From contig QZKF01000076.1 of the NCBI GenBank assembly GCA_003599455.1, forward strand, positions 7,802 to 71,801: 64,000 bases of DNA, in the 5' to 3' direction. This stretch comes from Comamonadaceae bacterium. GTDB lineage: Bacteria; Pseudomonadota; Gammaproteobacteria; Burkholderiales; Burkholderiaceae_C. The translations under genes were made by a program, and so were the position numbers. This document shows, piece by piece, positions 30,969-39,377 of the stretch. Numbering within the stretch: position 1 is the first letter of the stretch; each line of letters opens with the position of its first letter. The notes under the pieces are model-generated. The model saw nothing but the letters and a program-made list of their open reading frames with translations, searched no databases and was not told the DNA's origin.

Positions 30969-31086
30969 GGCCGGGCCATTGTGGGTCATTCAGGGCGCAC
31001 CCGCAGCGGTGCCAATTCGGTGCGCAACGAAATGTCCATTGGCGCGCGGCCGGCGCAGTGCGTCCCACCGCCCTTAAGCTGGCGGC

Positions 31087-32454
31087 ATGCCCGCCATCCA
31101 CCCGTCACCCGATCGCATGGCCTCGCTGCAGCGCGCCGAGCGCGAGCGCTTCATCGCGACCCACCCGCGCTCGATGGCGCTGGCGCGGGCCGCGCAAGCC
31201 CACTACCTGTTCGGCGTGCCGCTGCACTGGATGCGCGACTGGCCCAGCCCCGCGACGCTGTTCGTGCAGCACGCGCAAGGCACCACACTGACCTGCGCCG
31301 ACGATCTCGCGCACGCGGACTTCTGCCTCGGCGACACCGGCGCCATGTTCGGCCACAGCCCCGCACCGCTGGCCCGGGCCATCGCGCAGCAGGCCGCGCA
31401 GGGCCTCACCTGCATGCTGCCCTCCATCCTCGCGGCCACCGTGGGCGAAGGCCTGCAGCGCGTGTTCGGCCTGCCCGTGTGGCAGATGGCGCTGACCGCC
31501 AGCGACGCCAACCGCTTCGTGCTGCGCTGGGCGCGCGCCATCACCGGACGGCCGCAGCTGCTGGTGTTCGACGGCTGTTACCACGGCGCGGTGGACGACA
31601 CCCTGGTGGACCTCGACCCCGCCACCGGCGCCACGCTGGCGCGCCCCTCGGTGCTCGGCCAGGTGCACAACCACGCCGCCTTCACGCGCGTGGTGCCGTT
31701 CAACGACCTGGCCGCGCTCGAGGCCGCGCTCTCGCGCGGCGACGTGGCCTGCCTGCTGGCCGAACCCGCTCTCACCAACTTCGGCCTGGTGCCACCCGCG
31801 CCCGGCTTCTGGGCCGCGGCGCGGGACCTGTGCCGCGCGCATGGCACGCTGTTCGTGTGCGACGAAACCCACACCATCTCCACCGCGCTGGGCGGCTACG
31901 CACAGGCCCACGCGCTCGAGCCCGACTTCCTGGTGGTGGGCAAGGCGGTGGCCGGCGGCCTGCCCTGCGCGGTCTATGGCTTCACGCAGGCGATGGCGCG
32001 GCGCATGGCCGCCGCCAAGGACGCCGCGCCCGAAGGCCACAGCGGCATCGGCACCACGCTGGCGGGCAATGCGCTCACGCTCGCCGCGCTGGACGCCGCG
32101 CTGAACCACCTGCACACGGCCGCGAACTACACCCACATGCTGGGCATCGCGGCGGCGCTGGAAACGGGTCTGCGCGGTCGCATCGCGCAAGCGGGCATGC
32201 CCTGGACGGTGACGCGCCTGGGCGCGCGCATGGAACTGCAGTTCATGCCGCACACGCCGCGCGACGCGCAGGATGTGCGCGACCACGCGCAGGGCGAACT
32301 CGAAGCACTGACCCACCTCTTCATGCTCAACCGCGGCGTGCTGCTCACGCCCTTTCACAGCATGCTGCTGGTCTCGCCCGCCACCACGGCGGCGGATGTG
32401 GTGCGGCTGTTGTCGGTGTTCGACGCGCTGCTGGCCGCGCTGGTCCCGGCCTGA
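31087..32454 (+). CDS. Class III aminotransferase, HemL/GSA-aminomutase-like (probably not true hemL)
   Basis: GVPLHWM, DFCLGDTGAMFGH, FDGCYHG, DETHT, GKAVAGG, GTTLAGN. Confidence 0.82.
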   Translation: MPAIHPSPDRMASLQRAERERFIATHPRSMALARAAQAHYLFGVPLHWMRDWPSPATLFVQHAQGTTLTCADDLAHADFCLGDTGAMFGHSPAPLARAIAQQAAQGLTCMLPSILAATVGEGLQRVFGLPVWQMALTASDANRFVLRWARAITGRPQLLVFDGCYHGAVDDTLVDLDPATGATLARPSVLGQVHNHAAFTRVVPFNDLAALEAALSRGDVACLLAEPALTNFGLVPPAPGFWAAARDLCRAHGTLFVCDETHTISTALGGYAQAHALEPDFLVVGKAVAGGLPCAVYGFTQAMARRMAAAKDAAPEGHSGIGTTLAGNALTLAALDAALNHLHTAANYTHMLGIAAALETGLRGRIAQAGMPWTVTRLGARMELQFMPHTPRDAQDVRDHAQGELEALTHLFMLNRGVLLTPFHSMLLVSPATTAADVVRLLSVFDALLAALVPA

Positions 32455-32458
32455 GGAC

Positions 32459-33055
32459 TCAGGTGTCGCCCAGCCCCACCGGCGCTGGGGCGAGCATGAC
32501 GATGCGGGTGAACAGGCGGTCGAACAGCGGGTCGCGCGGGATGCGGTGGTTCAGCGGGTCCTGGTTGGTGGCGAAGGCGGCGTTGAGCGCGCGCCAGTCC
32601 TGCGCCTCGAGCACACGCTCGGCCACCGGCAGCAGCTCGCTTTCCTCCAGCCGCATGTGCTCGCGGTAGAAGGCCACGTAGCGCACCGCCTCGTCCTCGA
32701 AGGCCGCGCGGCGCGTCTCGCCCAGGTACTCCCAGGCCATCAGCAGGTGCACGAGCTCGCGCACCCGCATCTCGCCGCTCATGTGTTCGCGCTCGAGCTG
32801 CTCGATCACCGGCAGCACCTGCGGCGCGGCCCGCGCCAGGCGCGGGAACAGCAGGTTGGATTCCTTCGGGTGGTGGTGCTTCTCGGGAAATTCGTCGATG
32901 TAGAACAGCATGGCGCGCAACACGTCGAAAAAGCGCTCGTGCTCGTCCTTGCCATCGGGTTCGGGCCCGCGCCGCACCATCTGCAGCAGCGACTGCAGCA
33001 TGGCGGACAGGCTGGCGTGTTCGTCGCGTATGACGCGCAGGGCTTCGTGTGTCAT
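32459..33055 (-). CDS. Hemerythrin/HHE cation-binding domain protein
   Basis: EH..L, HHPKE, LEREH, HMRLEE ligand pattern; GAGGAG RBS. Confidence 0.88.
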   Translation of the reverse strand: MTHEALRVIRDEHASLSAMLQSLLQMVRRGPEPDGKDEHERFFDVLRAMLFYIDEFPEKHHHPKESNLLFPRLARAAPQVLPVIEQLEREHMSGEMRVRELVHLLMAWEYLGETRRAAFEDEAVRYVAFYREHMRLEESELLPVAERVLEAQDWRALNAAFATNQDPLNHRIPRDPLFDRLFTRIVMLAPAPVGLGDT

Positions 33056-33105
33056 GGATGTCTCCTCGGGGCACCGAAGCATCGCCCGAAGCCGCGCCAC
33101 ACGCC

Positions 33106-33119
33106 TTGATGTGCGTCAA
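33106..33119. promoter_or_regulatory. FNR-type box TTGAT-GTGC-GTCAA upstream of the hemerythrin gene
   Basis: 9/10 match to TTGAT-N4-ATCAA, centred ~57 nt before the ATG; overlaps the copA stop. Confidence 0.7.
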
Positions 33120-35461
33120 TCCGCGCGCGGTTGGCGGGTCTGCTGCGGCGGCTTCCAGCGCTTGAGCAGGAGCGCGTTGCTCACCACGCTCACCGAACTC
33201 AGCGCCATCGCCGCGCCCGCCACCACCGGGCTGAGGAAGCCCAGCGCGGCCAGTGGAATGCCGGCCACGTTGTAGGCGAAGGCCCAGAACAGGTTCTGCC
33301 GGATCTTGCGCACCGTGCGGCGCGAGATGTCCAGCGCGGCGGCCACCATCATCGGGTCGCCGCGCATGAGCGTGATGCCGGCGGCGTGCATGGCCACGTC
33401 CGAGCTGCCGCCCTGGCTGTGGCTCATGGCCATGCCCACGTCGGCCGCGGCCAGCGCGGGCGCGTCGTTCACGCCGTCGCCCACCATCGCCACCGTGTGC
33501 AGCCGCTCGCCCACCACGGCCGCGCGCAACCGGCGCACCACCGCCGCCTTGTCGCCCGGCAGCACCTCGGCAATCACCTCGTCCTTGTTCGCGCGCAGGC
33601 CCAGGCGCGCGGCCATGGCGAGCGCCGCGCCGCGGTTGTCGCCCGAGACCATGAACAGGCGCATGCCCTGCGCGCGCAGGCCGGCAATGGCCTCGGCGGC
33701 ACCCGCCTTGGGCTCGTCGCCGAAGGCCAGCAGGGCCAGCGGCGCCCAGGTGGCCGCCGCCGCCGCATCGCCCGGCGTCTGGCTCGCCAGCACCGACACT
33801 GTGGCGCCCTGCGCCTGCAGCACCTTGGCGCGCTCTTCCAGCGGGCCCAGCGCCGCACCCAGCTCGTGCATCCAGCGCAGGCTGCCCAGCGCCAGCAGCG
33901 CACCCTTCAGGCGGCCCTGGCTGCCCCGGCCCGACACCGCCTGCACCTCGCGCGCCGCGTCGGGCGCCACCACGATGGAGCGCGACGCGGCGGCCTCCAG
34001 CACGGCGCGCGCCAGCGGGTGCGCGCTCTGGGCCTGCAGCGCGGCGGCCACCTGCAACACCGCGGTTTCGTCCACCCCCGGCACGGCCTCGATCACCAGC
34101 AGGCGCGGGTGGCCTTCGGTGAGCGTGCCGGTCTTGTCGAAGGCCACCGTGTCGACCTTGTGCGCGATCTCCAGCGCCTGCGCGTCCTTGATCAGGATGC
34201 CGTGCTGCGCGGCCACGCCGGTGCCCGCCATGATGGCCGTGGGCGTGGCCAGGCCGAGCGCGCAAGGACAGGCGATCACCAGCACCGCCACCGCGTGCAG
34301 CAAGGCCTCTTCCATCGGCGCGCCGGTCCACAACCAGCCCAGCAGCGTGGCCAGCGCGATCACCAGCACCACCGGCACGAACACCGCGGCCACCTGGTCC
34401 ACCAGGCGCTGCACCGGCGCCTTGCCGGCCTGCGCGTCCTGCACCAGGCCGATGATCTGCGACAGCACGCTCTGCGCGCCGATGGCGCGCACGCGCACGT
34501 CCACCGCACCCTCGCCGTTGAGCGAGCCGCCGGTCACGCCATCGCCCACGTCCTTGGGCACCGGCATGGCCTCGCCCGTCAGCATGGACTCGTCGGCCTG
34601 CGTGTGGCCCTGCACCACCGTGCCATCGGCCGCAAACCGCTCGCCCGGCAGCACGCGCACCACGTCGCCGGGCAGCAGCTCGTCCACCGCGACCTCGGTC
34701 GGCTCGGTGCGGCGCACGCCGTCGGGCAGCAGGTGGGCGCGGTCGGGCCGCAGCGCGTGCAGCGCGCGGATGGCGGTGGTGGTCTGGCGCTTGGCGCGCG
34801 CCTCCAGCCACTTGCCCAACAGCACCAGCGTGATCACCACCGCCGAGGCCTCGTAGTACAGGTGCACCATCTCGCCCGGTTCGGCGCGCCACCAGAGCCA
34901 GGTCGACAGCGCCCAGCCCGCCGTGGTGCCGATGGAAACCAGCAGCTCCATGTTGCCGGTGAAGGCCTTGAGCGCGTGCCAGCCGGCGCGGTAGAAACGC
35001 GCGCCCAGCACGAACTGCACCGGGGTGGCCAGCAGGAACTGGATCCAGGCCGGCAGCATCCAGTGTTTGCCGAACAGGTCGCCCACCATGGGCAGCACCA
35101 GCGGCGCGGACAACAGGGCCCCCACCAGCACCGGCACCAGATCGCGCGGCACGCCCAGCCAGCGTTCGCCGGCCGCCTCGTCCGCGGCTTCCATCGTGCG
35201 CGGCTCGTAGCCCGCGTCGCGCACCGCGCGCTTGATGCGCGCCAGCGATTCGACGCTGTCGTGGGTGGTCAGGGTGACGCGCGCGGATTCGGTGGCCAGG
35301 TTCACCGTGGCGTCGCTCACGCCGGCCTGTTTCTTCAGCGCCTTTTCCACCCGCGTCACGCAGGAAGCGCAGGTCATGCCGCCGATGCCCAGGTCGATCT
35401 GGGTTTGCGGCAGGGTGGAGAAGAGCCCGGCGGACTCGGAGTTGGCGGTGAGCGTGTTCAT
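33116..35461 (-). CDS. copA: Copper-translocating P1B-type ATPase
   Basis: GMTCASC metal-binding domain, [43 protein letters not shown]. Confidence 0.96.
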   Translation of the reverse strand: MNTLTANSESAGLFSTLPQTQIDLGIGGMTCASCVTRVEKALKKQAGVSDATVNLATESARVTLTTHDSVESLARIKRAVRDAGYEPRTMEAADEAAGERWLGVPRDLVPVLVGALLSAPLVLPMVGDLFGKHWMLPAWIQFLLATPVQFVLGARFYRAGWHALKAFTGNMELLVSIGTTAGWALSTWLWWRAEPGEMVHLYYEASAVVITLVLLGKWLEARAKRQTTTAIRALHALRPDRAHLLPDGVRRTEPTEVAVDELLPGDVVRVLPGERFAADGTVVQGHTQADESMLTGEAMPVPKDVGDGVTGGSLNGEGAVDVRVRAIGAQSVLSQIIGLVQDAQAGKAPVQRLVDQVAAVFVPVVLVIALATLLGWLWTGAPMEEALLHAVAVLVIACPCALGLATPTAIMAGTGVAAQHGILIKDAQALEIAHKVDTVAFDKTGTLTEGHPRLLVIEAVPGVDETAVLQVAAALQAQSAHPLARAVLEAAASRSIVVAPDAAREVQAVSGRGSQGRLKGALLALGSLRWMHELGAALGPLEERAKVLQAQGATVSVLASQTPGDAAAAATWAPLALLAFGDEPKAGAAEAIAGLRAQGMRLFMVSGDNRGAALAMAARLGLRANKDEVIAEVLPGDKAAVVRRLRAAVVGERLHTVAMVGDGVNDAPALAAADVGMAMSHSQGGSSDVAMHAAGITLMRGDPMMVAAALDISRRTVRKIRQNLFWAFAYNVAGIPLAALGFLSPVVAGAAMALSSVSVVSNALLLKRWKPPQQTRQPRAD

Positions 35462-35467
35462 GCGGGC

Positions 35468-35498
35468 AGCATAAGCTTTGCCCCCATGGGAAGGTCAA
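35468..35498 (-). promoter_or_regulatory. MerR-type copA promoter (-35 TTGACC, 19 bp spacer, -10 TATGCT)
   Basis: 19-bp spacer with a CueR-like ACCTTCC half-site; -10 ends 6 nt before the ATG. Confidence 0.75.
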
Positions 35499-35532
35499 GC
35501 ACGCATGTTGCGAACTGTGACGGTGGGCACGC

Positions 35533-35563
35533 TTGACCTTGACACCATGTCAAGGATCACAAT
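35533..35563 (+). promoter_or_regulatory. MerR-type copZ promoter (-35 TTGACC, 19 bp spacer, -10 CACAAT) with dyad CCTTGAC-N5-GTCAAGG
   Basis: 19-bp spacer; perfect 7-bp inverted repeat at 35537-35555. Confidence 0.8.
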
Positions 35564-35600
35564 GCATGCACTGTCTTCCACCACACCGAAGGATCTCTCC

Positions 35601-35798
35601 ATGAACCAGGTTTTCAACGTCCAGGGCATGACCTGCGGCCACTGCGAAAAGGCCGTCACCACCGCCATCAAGCTTCTCGACCCCCAGGCTGAGGTGCGCA
35701 TCGACCGCGGCCAGAACCGCGTCGAGGTCCAGACGACCCAGCCGCGCGAGGCGCTGGCCGAGGCGATCCGCGAAGAGGGTTACCAGGTCGCCGCCTGA
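35601..35798 (+). CDS. copZ: Copper chaperone (HMA domain)
   Basis: VQGMTCGHC..AV, EEGY; 65 aa; AAGGA RBS. Confidence 0.92.
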   Translation: MNQVFNVQGMTCGHCEKAVTTAIKLLDPQAEVRIDRGQNRVEVQTTQPREALAEAIREEGYQVAA

Positions 35799-35800
35799 AC

Positions 35801-36352
35801 ATGCCGGCACGCGACACCCGGCATGCCCCGCCGCCGGCCACGGCGGGTGCCCCCAACGCGACCGACCACCTCACCGCCTGGCCGGTCAGCATCGGCAAGG
35901 CGGCGCAGCTCAGCGGCATCTCGCCCAAGATGCTACGCCACTACGAGGCACTGGGCCTGCTCGCGGCGGTGCCGCGCACCGACAGCAACTACCGCCAGTA
36001 CAGCCTGGCCGACGTGCACACGTTGCGCTTCATCCGGCGCGCGCGCGACATGGGCTTCGGCCTGAACGCCATCACCGAGCTGGTGAGCCTGTGGCACAAC
36101 CGCCGGCGCAGCAGCGCCAGCGTCAAGCGCATCGCGCAGAAACACCGGGACGAACTCGAGCAGCGCATCGAGGCCCTGCAGGCCATGCAGCGCACCCTGG
36201 GCCACCTGCTGCGCCTGTGCCCGGGCGACGGCCGGCCCGACTGCCCCATCCTGGACGACCTGAGCCACCCCGACACGACAAGAAGCGGCACAAAACTTTA
36301 CAAACCGGCCACACCGGGCGAACAGGGCAGAAACACGCGCGGAACACACTGA
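35801..36352 (+). CDS. cueR: Cu(I)-responsive MerR family regulator
   Basis: SIGKAA..SG, RHYE..GL, NYRQY, CPGDGRPDCPIL metal loop. True start uncertain. Confidence 0.9.
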   Translation: MPARDTRHAPPPATAGAPNATDHLTAWPVSIGKAAQLSGISPKMLRHYEALGLLAAVPRTDSNYRQYSLADVHTLRFIRRARDMGFGLNAITELVSLWHNRRRSSASVKRIAQKHRDELEQRIEALQAMQRTLGHLLRLCPGDGRPDCPILDDLSHPDTTRSGTKLYKPATPGEQGRNTRGTH

Positions 36353-36419
36353 ACCCACTCCGCAGCCCGACACCGTGTCGCTGTGGTGAGCCCTTCCTCA
36401 ACACGCCACTGGAGTTCAC

Positions 36420-36998
36420 ATGAAACTGCTTCCGAAACGCGCCCTGCTCGCCGCTGCCCTGGCCACCGCCTTTGTCGGCGTCTCCGCCACCGCCATTGCT
36501 CAAGGCATGGGCCAGACCCCCGCACCTGCCACCACCGCCCAAGCCCAGGCGGCCACCCCACCCACCGCCGAACAGCATGCCCAGAAGCACGCCGAGCGCA
36601 TGGCCCGCATGCAGCAGAAGATGGCCGAACGCCAGGCCGCCCTCAAGGCCGAGCTCAAGCTCACGCCGGCCCAGGAACCGGCCTGGAACGCCTTCATCGC
36701 ACGCACCCAACCCCAGGCCCGCCCGGCACACGCCGGCGGCCGCGAAGACTGGTCCAAGCTGACCACGCCCCAGCGCCTGGACAAGATGCAGGCGCTGAAG
36801 GCCGAACGCGACGCCCGCATGCAGCAACGCCACGACGCCATCAAGAGCTTCTATGCCGCGCTGAATGCCGAACAACAGAAAGTGTTCGACGCCCAGCACG
36901 GCCAGGGCTTCCAGCGCGCCGGCATGCACGGTGGTCACGGTGGCAAGCACCATGGCCAGCACGGTGGCGGCCATCACCGCATGGGCGGCATGATCTGA
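36420..36998 (+). CDS. Spy/CpxP-like (LTXXQ) periplasmic protein with a His/Gly/Met-rich C-terminal tail
   Basis: Signal peptide, LKLTPAQ and LNAEQQKVFD motifs, tail GMHGGHGGKHHGQHGGGHHRMGGMI. Confidence 0.85.
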   Translation: MKLLPKRALLAAALATAFVGVSATAIAQGMGQTPAPATTAQAQAATPPTAEQHAQKHAERMARMQQKMAERQAALKAELKLTPAQEPAWNAFIARTQPQARPAHAGGREDWSKLTTPQRLDKMQALKAERDARMQQRHDAIKSFYAALNAEQQKVFDAQHGQGFQRAGMHGGHGGKHHGQHGGGHHRMGGMI

Positions 36999-37019
36999 CC
37001 GCATTCGCTGGCTCCGGTC

Positions 37020-37245
37020 CCTGCTTCTTGTTCTTATAGATTCTTCTAATTCAAGATAGCAGTAGTAGTAGAGGGCGCTGTCCGGTGTGGACAAGCGCCC
37101 TTTCCCTTTCTGGATCAAGGACTTGGGCTGCGCAGAAGGGTGTGTGAAGTGCGCTGTCGCCGGCCGCGCCCAACGGGGATAAGAATCGGGCTGGCCTCCG
37201 TCCTGTGGACAACCGGTCTCTTGTTCAAAAGTTACACACAGGGTT
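37020..37245. other. Probable chromosomal replication origin (oriC)
   Basis: AT-rich tract ~37024-37056; TAG-CAG-TAG-TAG-TAG at 37057-37071; GC-rich spacer; TGTGGACAA at 37086-37094; IHF-like GATCAAGGACTTG at 37113-37125; further DnaA-box-like 9-mers at 37141, 37174, 37204, 37232. Confidence 0.78.
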
Positions 37246-37405
37246 GTGCCGGAGCCTCGACGGGGCGTGCCGAAACATGCCCTGACACCTGGGCACAGTC
37301 GCTTGCGGATGCGCTGCAACCCGGCTGTTAAGATGCGCCGCTTCACAGCCAGACCTGCCGTTCCGGCGTTCCTGCCGCTGGCCTGTTTTTGGATCCGTTG
37401 CGCCC

Positions 37406-38176
37406 ATGTCTGTTGCCCTCGCAGGAAACGCCCCCACCACCTTTGAAATCAAGAGCGCCCACCTGCCCCTGGTGGCCCTCATGCTCAAGTCGTCCGACCT
37501 GAACCGCCTGGCCGAGGAACTGGCCCAGCGCTTCGGCGACATGCCCGATTTCTTCGACCACGACCCGCTGGTCATCGACCTGCACCCGCTCAACGTGGCC
37601 GAGGCCAACGCCCTGCCCGACTTCGGTGCGCTGCAGACCCTGCTGCGCCAGTACCGCCTCACGCCGCTGGCCGTGCGCGGCGGCACCCTCGAACAGACCG
37701 CGCTGGCCATGGCCGCGGGGCTCACCCCCACGCCCGATGCGACGGTGCAGCGCGCCGCGCCCGCCGTGGTACCCAACGAGATCACCGCCGTGCCCGAACC
37801 CGTGGCACAGCCTGCGTCAACGCCGACCCCCGGTGCGCTGGTGGTCGACAAGCCCCTGCGCTCGGGCCAGCAGGTCTATGCGCGCGGCCGCGACCTGGTC
37901 GTGATGGCCATGGTCAACCCGGGCGCCGAGGTGATCGCCGACGGCCACATCCACGTGTACGCGCCGCTGCGCGGCAAGGCCATCGCCGGTGCGCGCGGCA
38001 ACGCCGACGCGCGCATCTTCGCCCTGGCCATGGCACCCGAACTCATTTCCATCGCCGGCATTTACCGCACCAGCGAGGTCGCTCTGCCCGAGTCGGTCCA
38101 GGGCAAGGCCGCGCAGGTGCGCCTGGTGCCCGGGCCCGATGGCGACAAGCTGGTGATCGACGCCATCGGCGCCTGA
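37406..38176 (+). CDS. minC: Septum site-determining protein MinC
   Basis: FEIKSA, DKPLRSGQQVYA, VNPGAEVIADGHIHVY..LRGKAIAGA. Confidence 0.96.
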   Translation: MSVALAGNAPTTFEIKSAHLPLVALMLKSSDLNRLAEELAQRFGDMPDFFDHDPLVIDLHPLNVAEANALPDFGALQTLLRQYRLTPLAVRGGTLEQTALAMAAGLTPTPDATVQRAAPAVVPNEITAVPEPVAQPASTPTPGALVVDKPLRSGQQVYARGRDLVVMAMVNPGAEVIADGHIHVYAPLRGKAIAGARGNADARIFALAMAPELISIAGIYRTSEVALPESVQGKAAQVRLVPGPDGDKLVIDAIGA

Positions 38177-38214
38177 CCCGACCCCCCCATTTCTCGAACA
38201 CAAGGACTTTCACC

Positions 38215-39030
38215 ATGACCAAAATCGTTGTCGTCACCTCCGGCAAGGGCGGCGTGGGCAAGACCACCACCAGCGCCAGCTTCGCCTCCGGCCTCGCGCT
38301 GCGCGGCCACAAGACCGCCGTGATCGACTTCGACGTCGGCCTGCGCAACCTGGACCTCATCATGGGCTGCGAACGCCGCGTGGTGTACGACCTGATCAAT
38401 GTGATCCAGGGCGAGGCCAACCTGAACCAGGCGCTGATCAAGGACAAGCAGTGCGACAACCTGTTCGTGCTGGCCGCCAGCCAGACGCGCGACAAGGACG
38501 CACTGAGCCAGGAAGGCGTGCACAAGGTGCTGACCGACCTGTCCGCCATGGGCTTCGAGTACATCGTGTGCGACTCGCCCGCCGGCATCGAGACCGGTGC
38601 GCTGATGGCCATGCACTACGCCGACGAAGCGCTGATCGTGACCAACCCCGAGGTCTCCAGCGTGCGCGACTCCGACCGCATCCTGGGCATGCTGGGCAGC
38701 AAGACGCAGCGCGCGATCGACGGCAAGGAACCGATCAAGGAACACCTGCTGATCACGCGCTACAACCCCGGCCGCGTGGCCGAAGGCCAGATGCTGTCGC
38801 TGGAAGACATCCAGGACATCCTGCGCATCAAGCTCATCGGCGTGATCCCGGAGAGCGAAAACGTGCTGACCGCGTCCAACCAGGGCACGCCGGCCATTCA
38901 CCTCAAGGGCACCGACGTGGCCGAGGCCTACAGCGACGTGATCGACCGTTTCCTCGGCGCCGAGAAGCCGCTGCGCTTCATCGAAGCCGAAAAGGCCGGC
39001 TTCTTCAAGCGCCTGTTCGGGGGGAAGTAA
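38215..39030 (+). CDS. minD: Septum site-determining ATPase MinD
   Basis: SGKGGVGKTT, DFDVGLRNLD, DSPAGIE, C-terminal GFFKRLFGG membrane-targeting helix. Confidence 0.98.
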   Translation: MTKIVVVTSGKGGVGKTTTSASFASGLALRGHKTAVIDFDVGLRNLDLIMGCERRVVYDLINVIQGEANLNQALIKDKQCDNLFVLAASQTRDKDALSQEGVHKVLTDLSAMGFEYIVCDSPAGIETGALMAMHYADEALIVTNPEVSSVRDSDRILGMLGSKTQRAIDGKEPIKEHLLITRYNPGRVAEGQMLSLEDIQDILRIKLIGVIPESENVLTASNQGTPAIHLKGTDVAEAYSDVIDRFLGAEKPLRFIEAEKAGFFKRLFGGK

Positions 39031-39033
39031 GGC

Positions 39034-39294
39034 ATGTCGATATTTTCCTTTCTGCTGGGCGAGAAGAAAAAGACCGCCAGTGTCGCCAAGGAGCGCCTGC
39101 AGATCATCCTGGCGCACGAGCGCAGCGGGCGCAACGCGTCCGAGCCCGACTACCTGCCCGCGCTGCAGCGCGAACTGGTGGCCGTGATCAGCAAGTACAT
39201 CAAGATCAACCCGGACGACATCAAGGTCCAGCTCGACCGCCAGGACAACCTGGACGTGCTCGAGGTCAAGATCGAGCTGCCCGACCGCAAGTGA
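39034..39294 (+). CDS. minE: Cell division topological specificity factor MinE
   Basis: [33 protein letters not shown]. Confidence 0.98.
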   Translation: MSIFSFLLGEKKKTASVAKERLQIILAHERSGRNASEPDYLPALQRELVAVISKYIKINPDDIKVQLDRQDNLDVLEVKIELPDRK

Positions 39295-39304
39295 TCAGCT
39301 CCAC

Positions 39305-39333
39305 GCCCTCCGCGAGAGGGTTGGGGTGAGGGC
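39305..39333. repeat. Degenerate REP-like palindromic element
   Basis: GCCCTCCGCGAGAGGGTTGGGGTGAGGGC; resembles the widespread CCCTCACCCCAACCCTCTCCC-type intergenic repeats (recalled). One copy in the window. Confidence 0.4.
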
Positions 39334-39377
39334 CCGCGCGCCAGGGCCTGGTTGCGCCAGCGATCTATGATCGGCCC

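Noticed and set aside
37225-37851. ORFs crossing the origin-like region (36123-37346, 37140-37331, 37225-37851, 37246-37446)
   Set aside because: No motifs or RBS and they overlap minC or DnaA boxes; the region is better explained as non-coding oriC plus the minC promoter.
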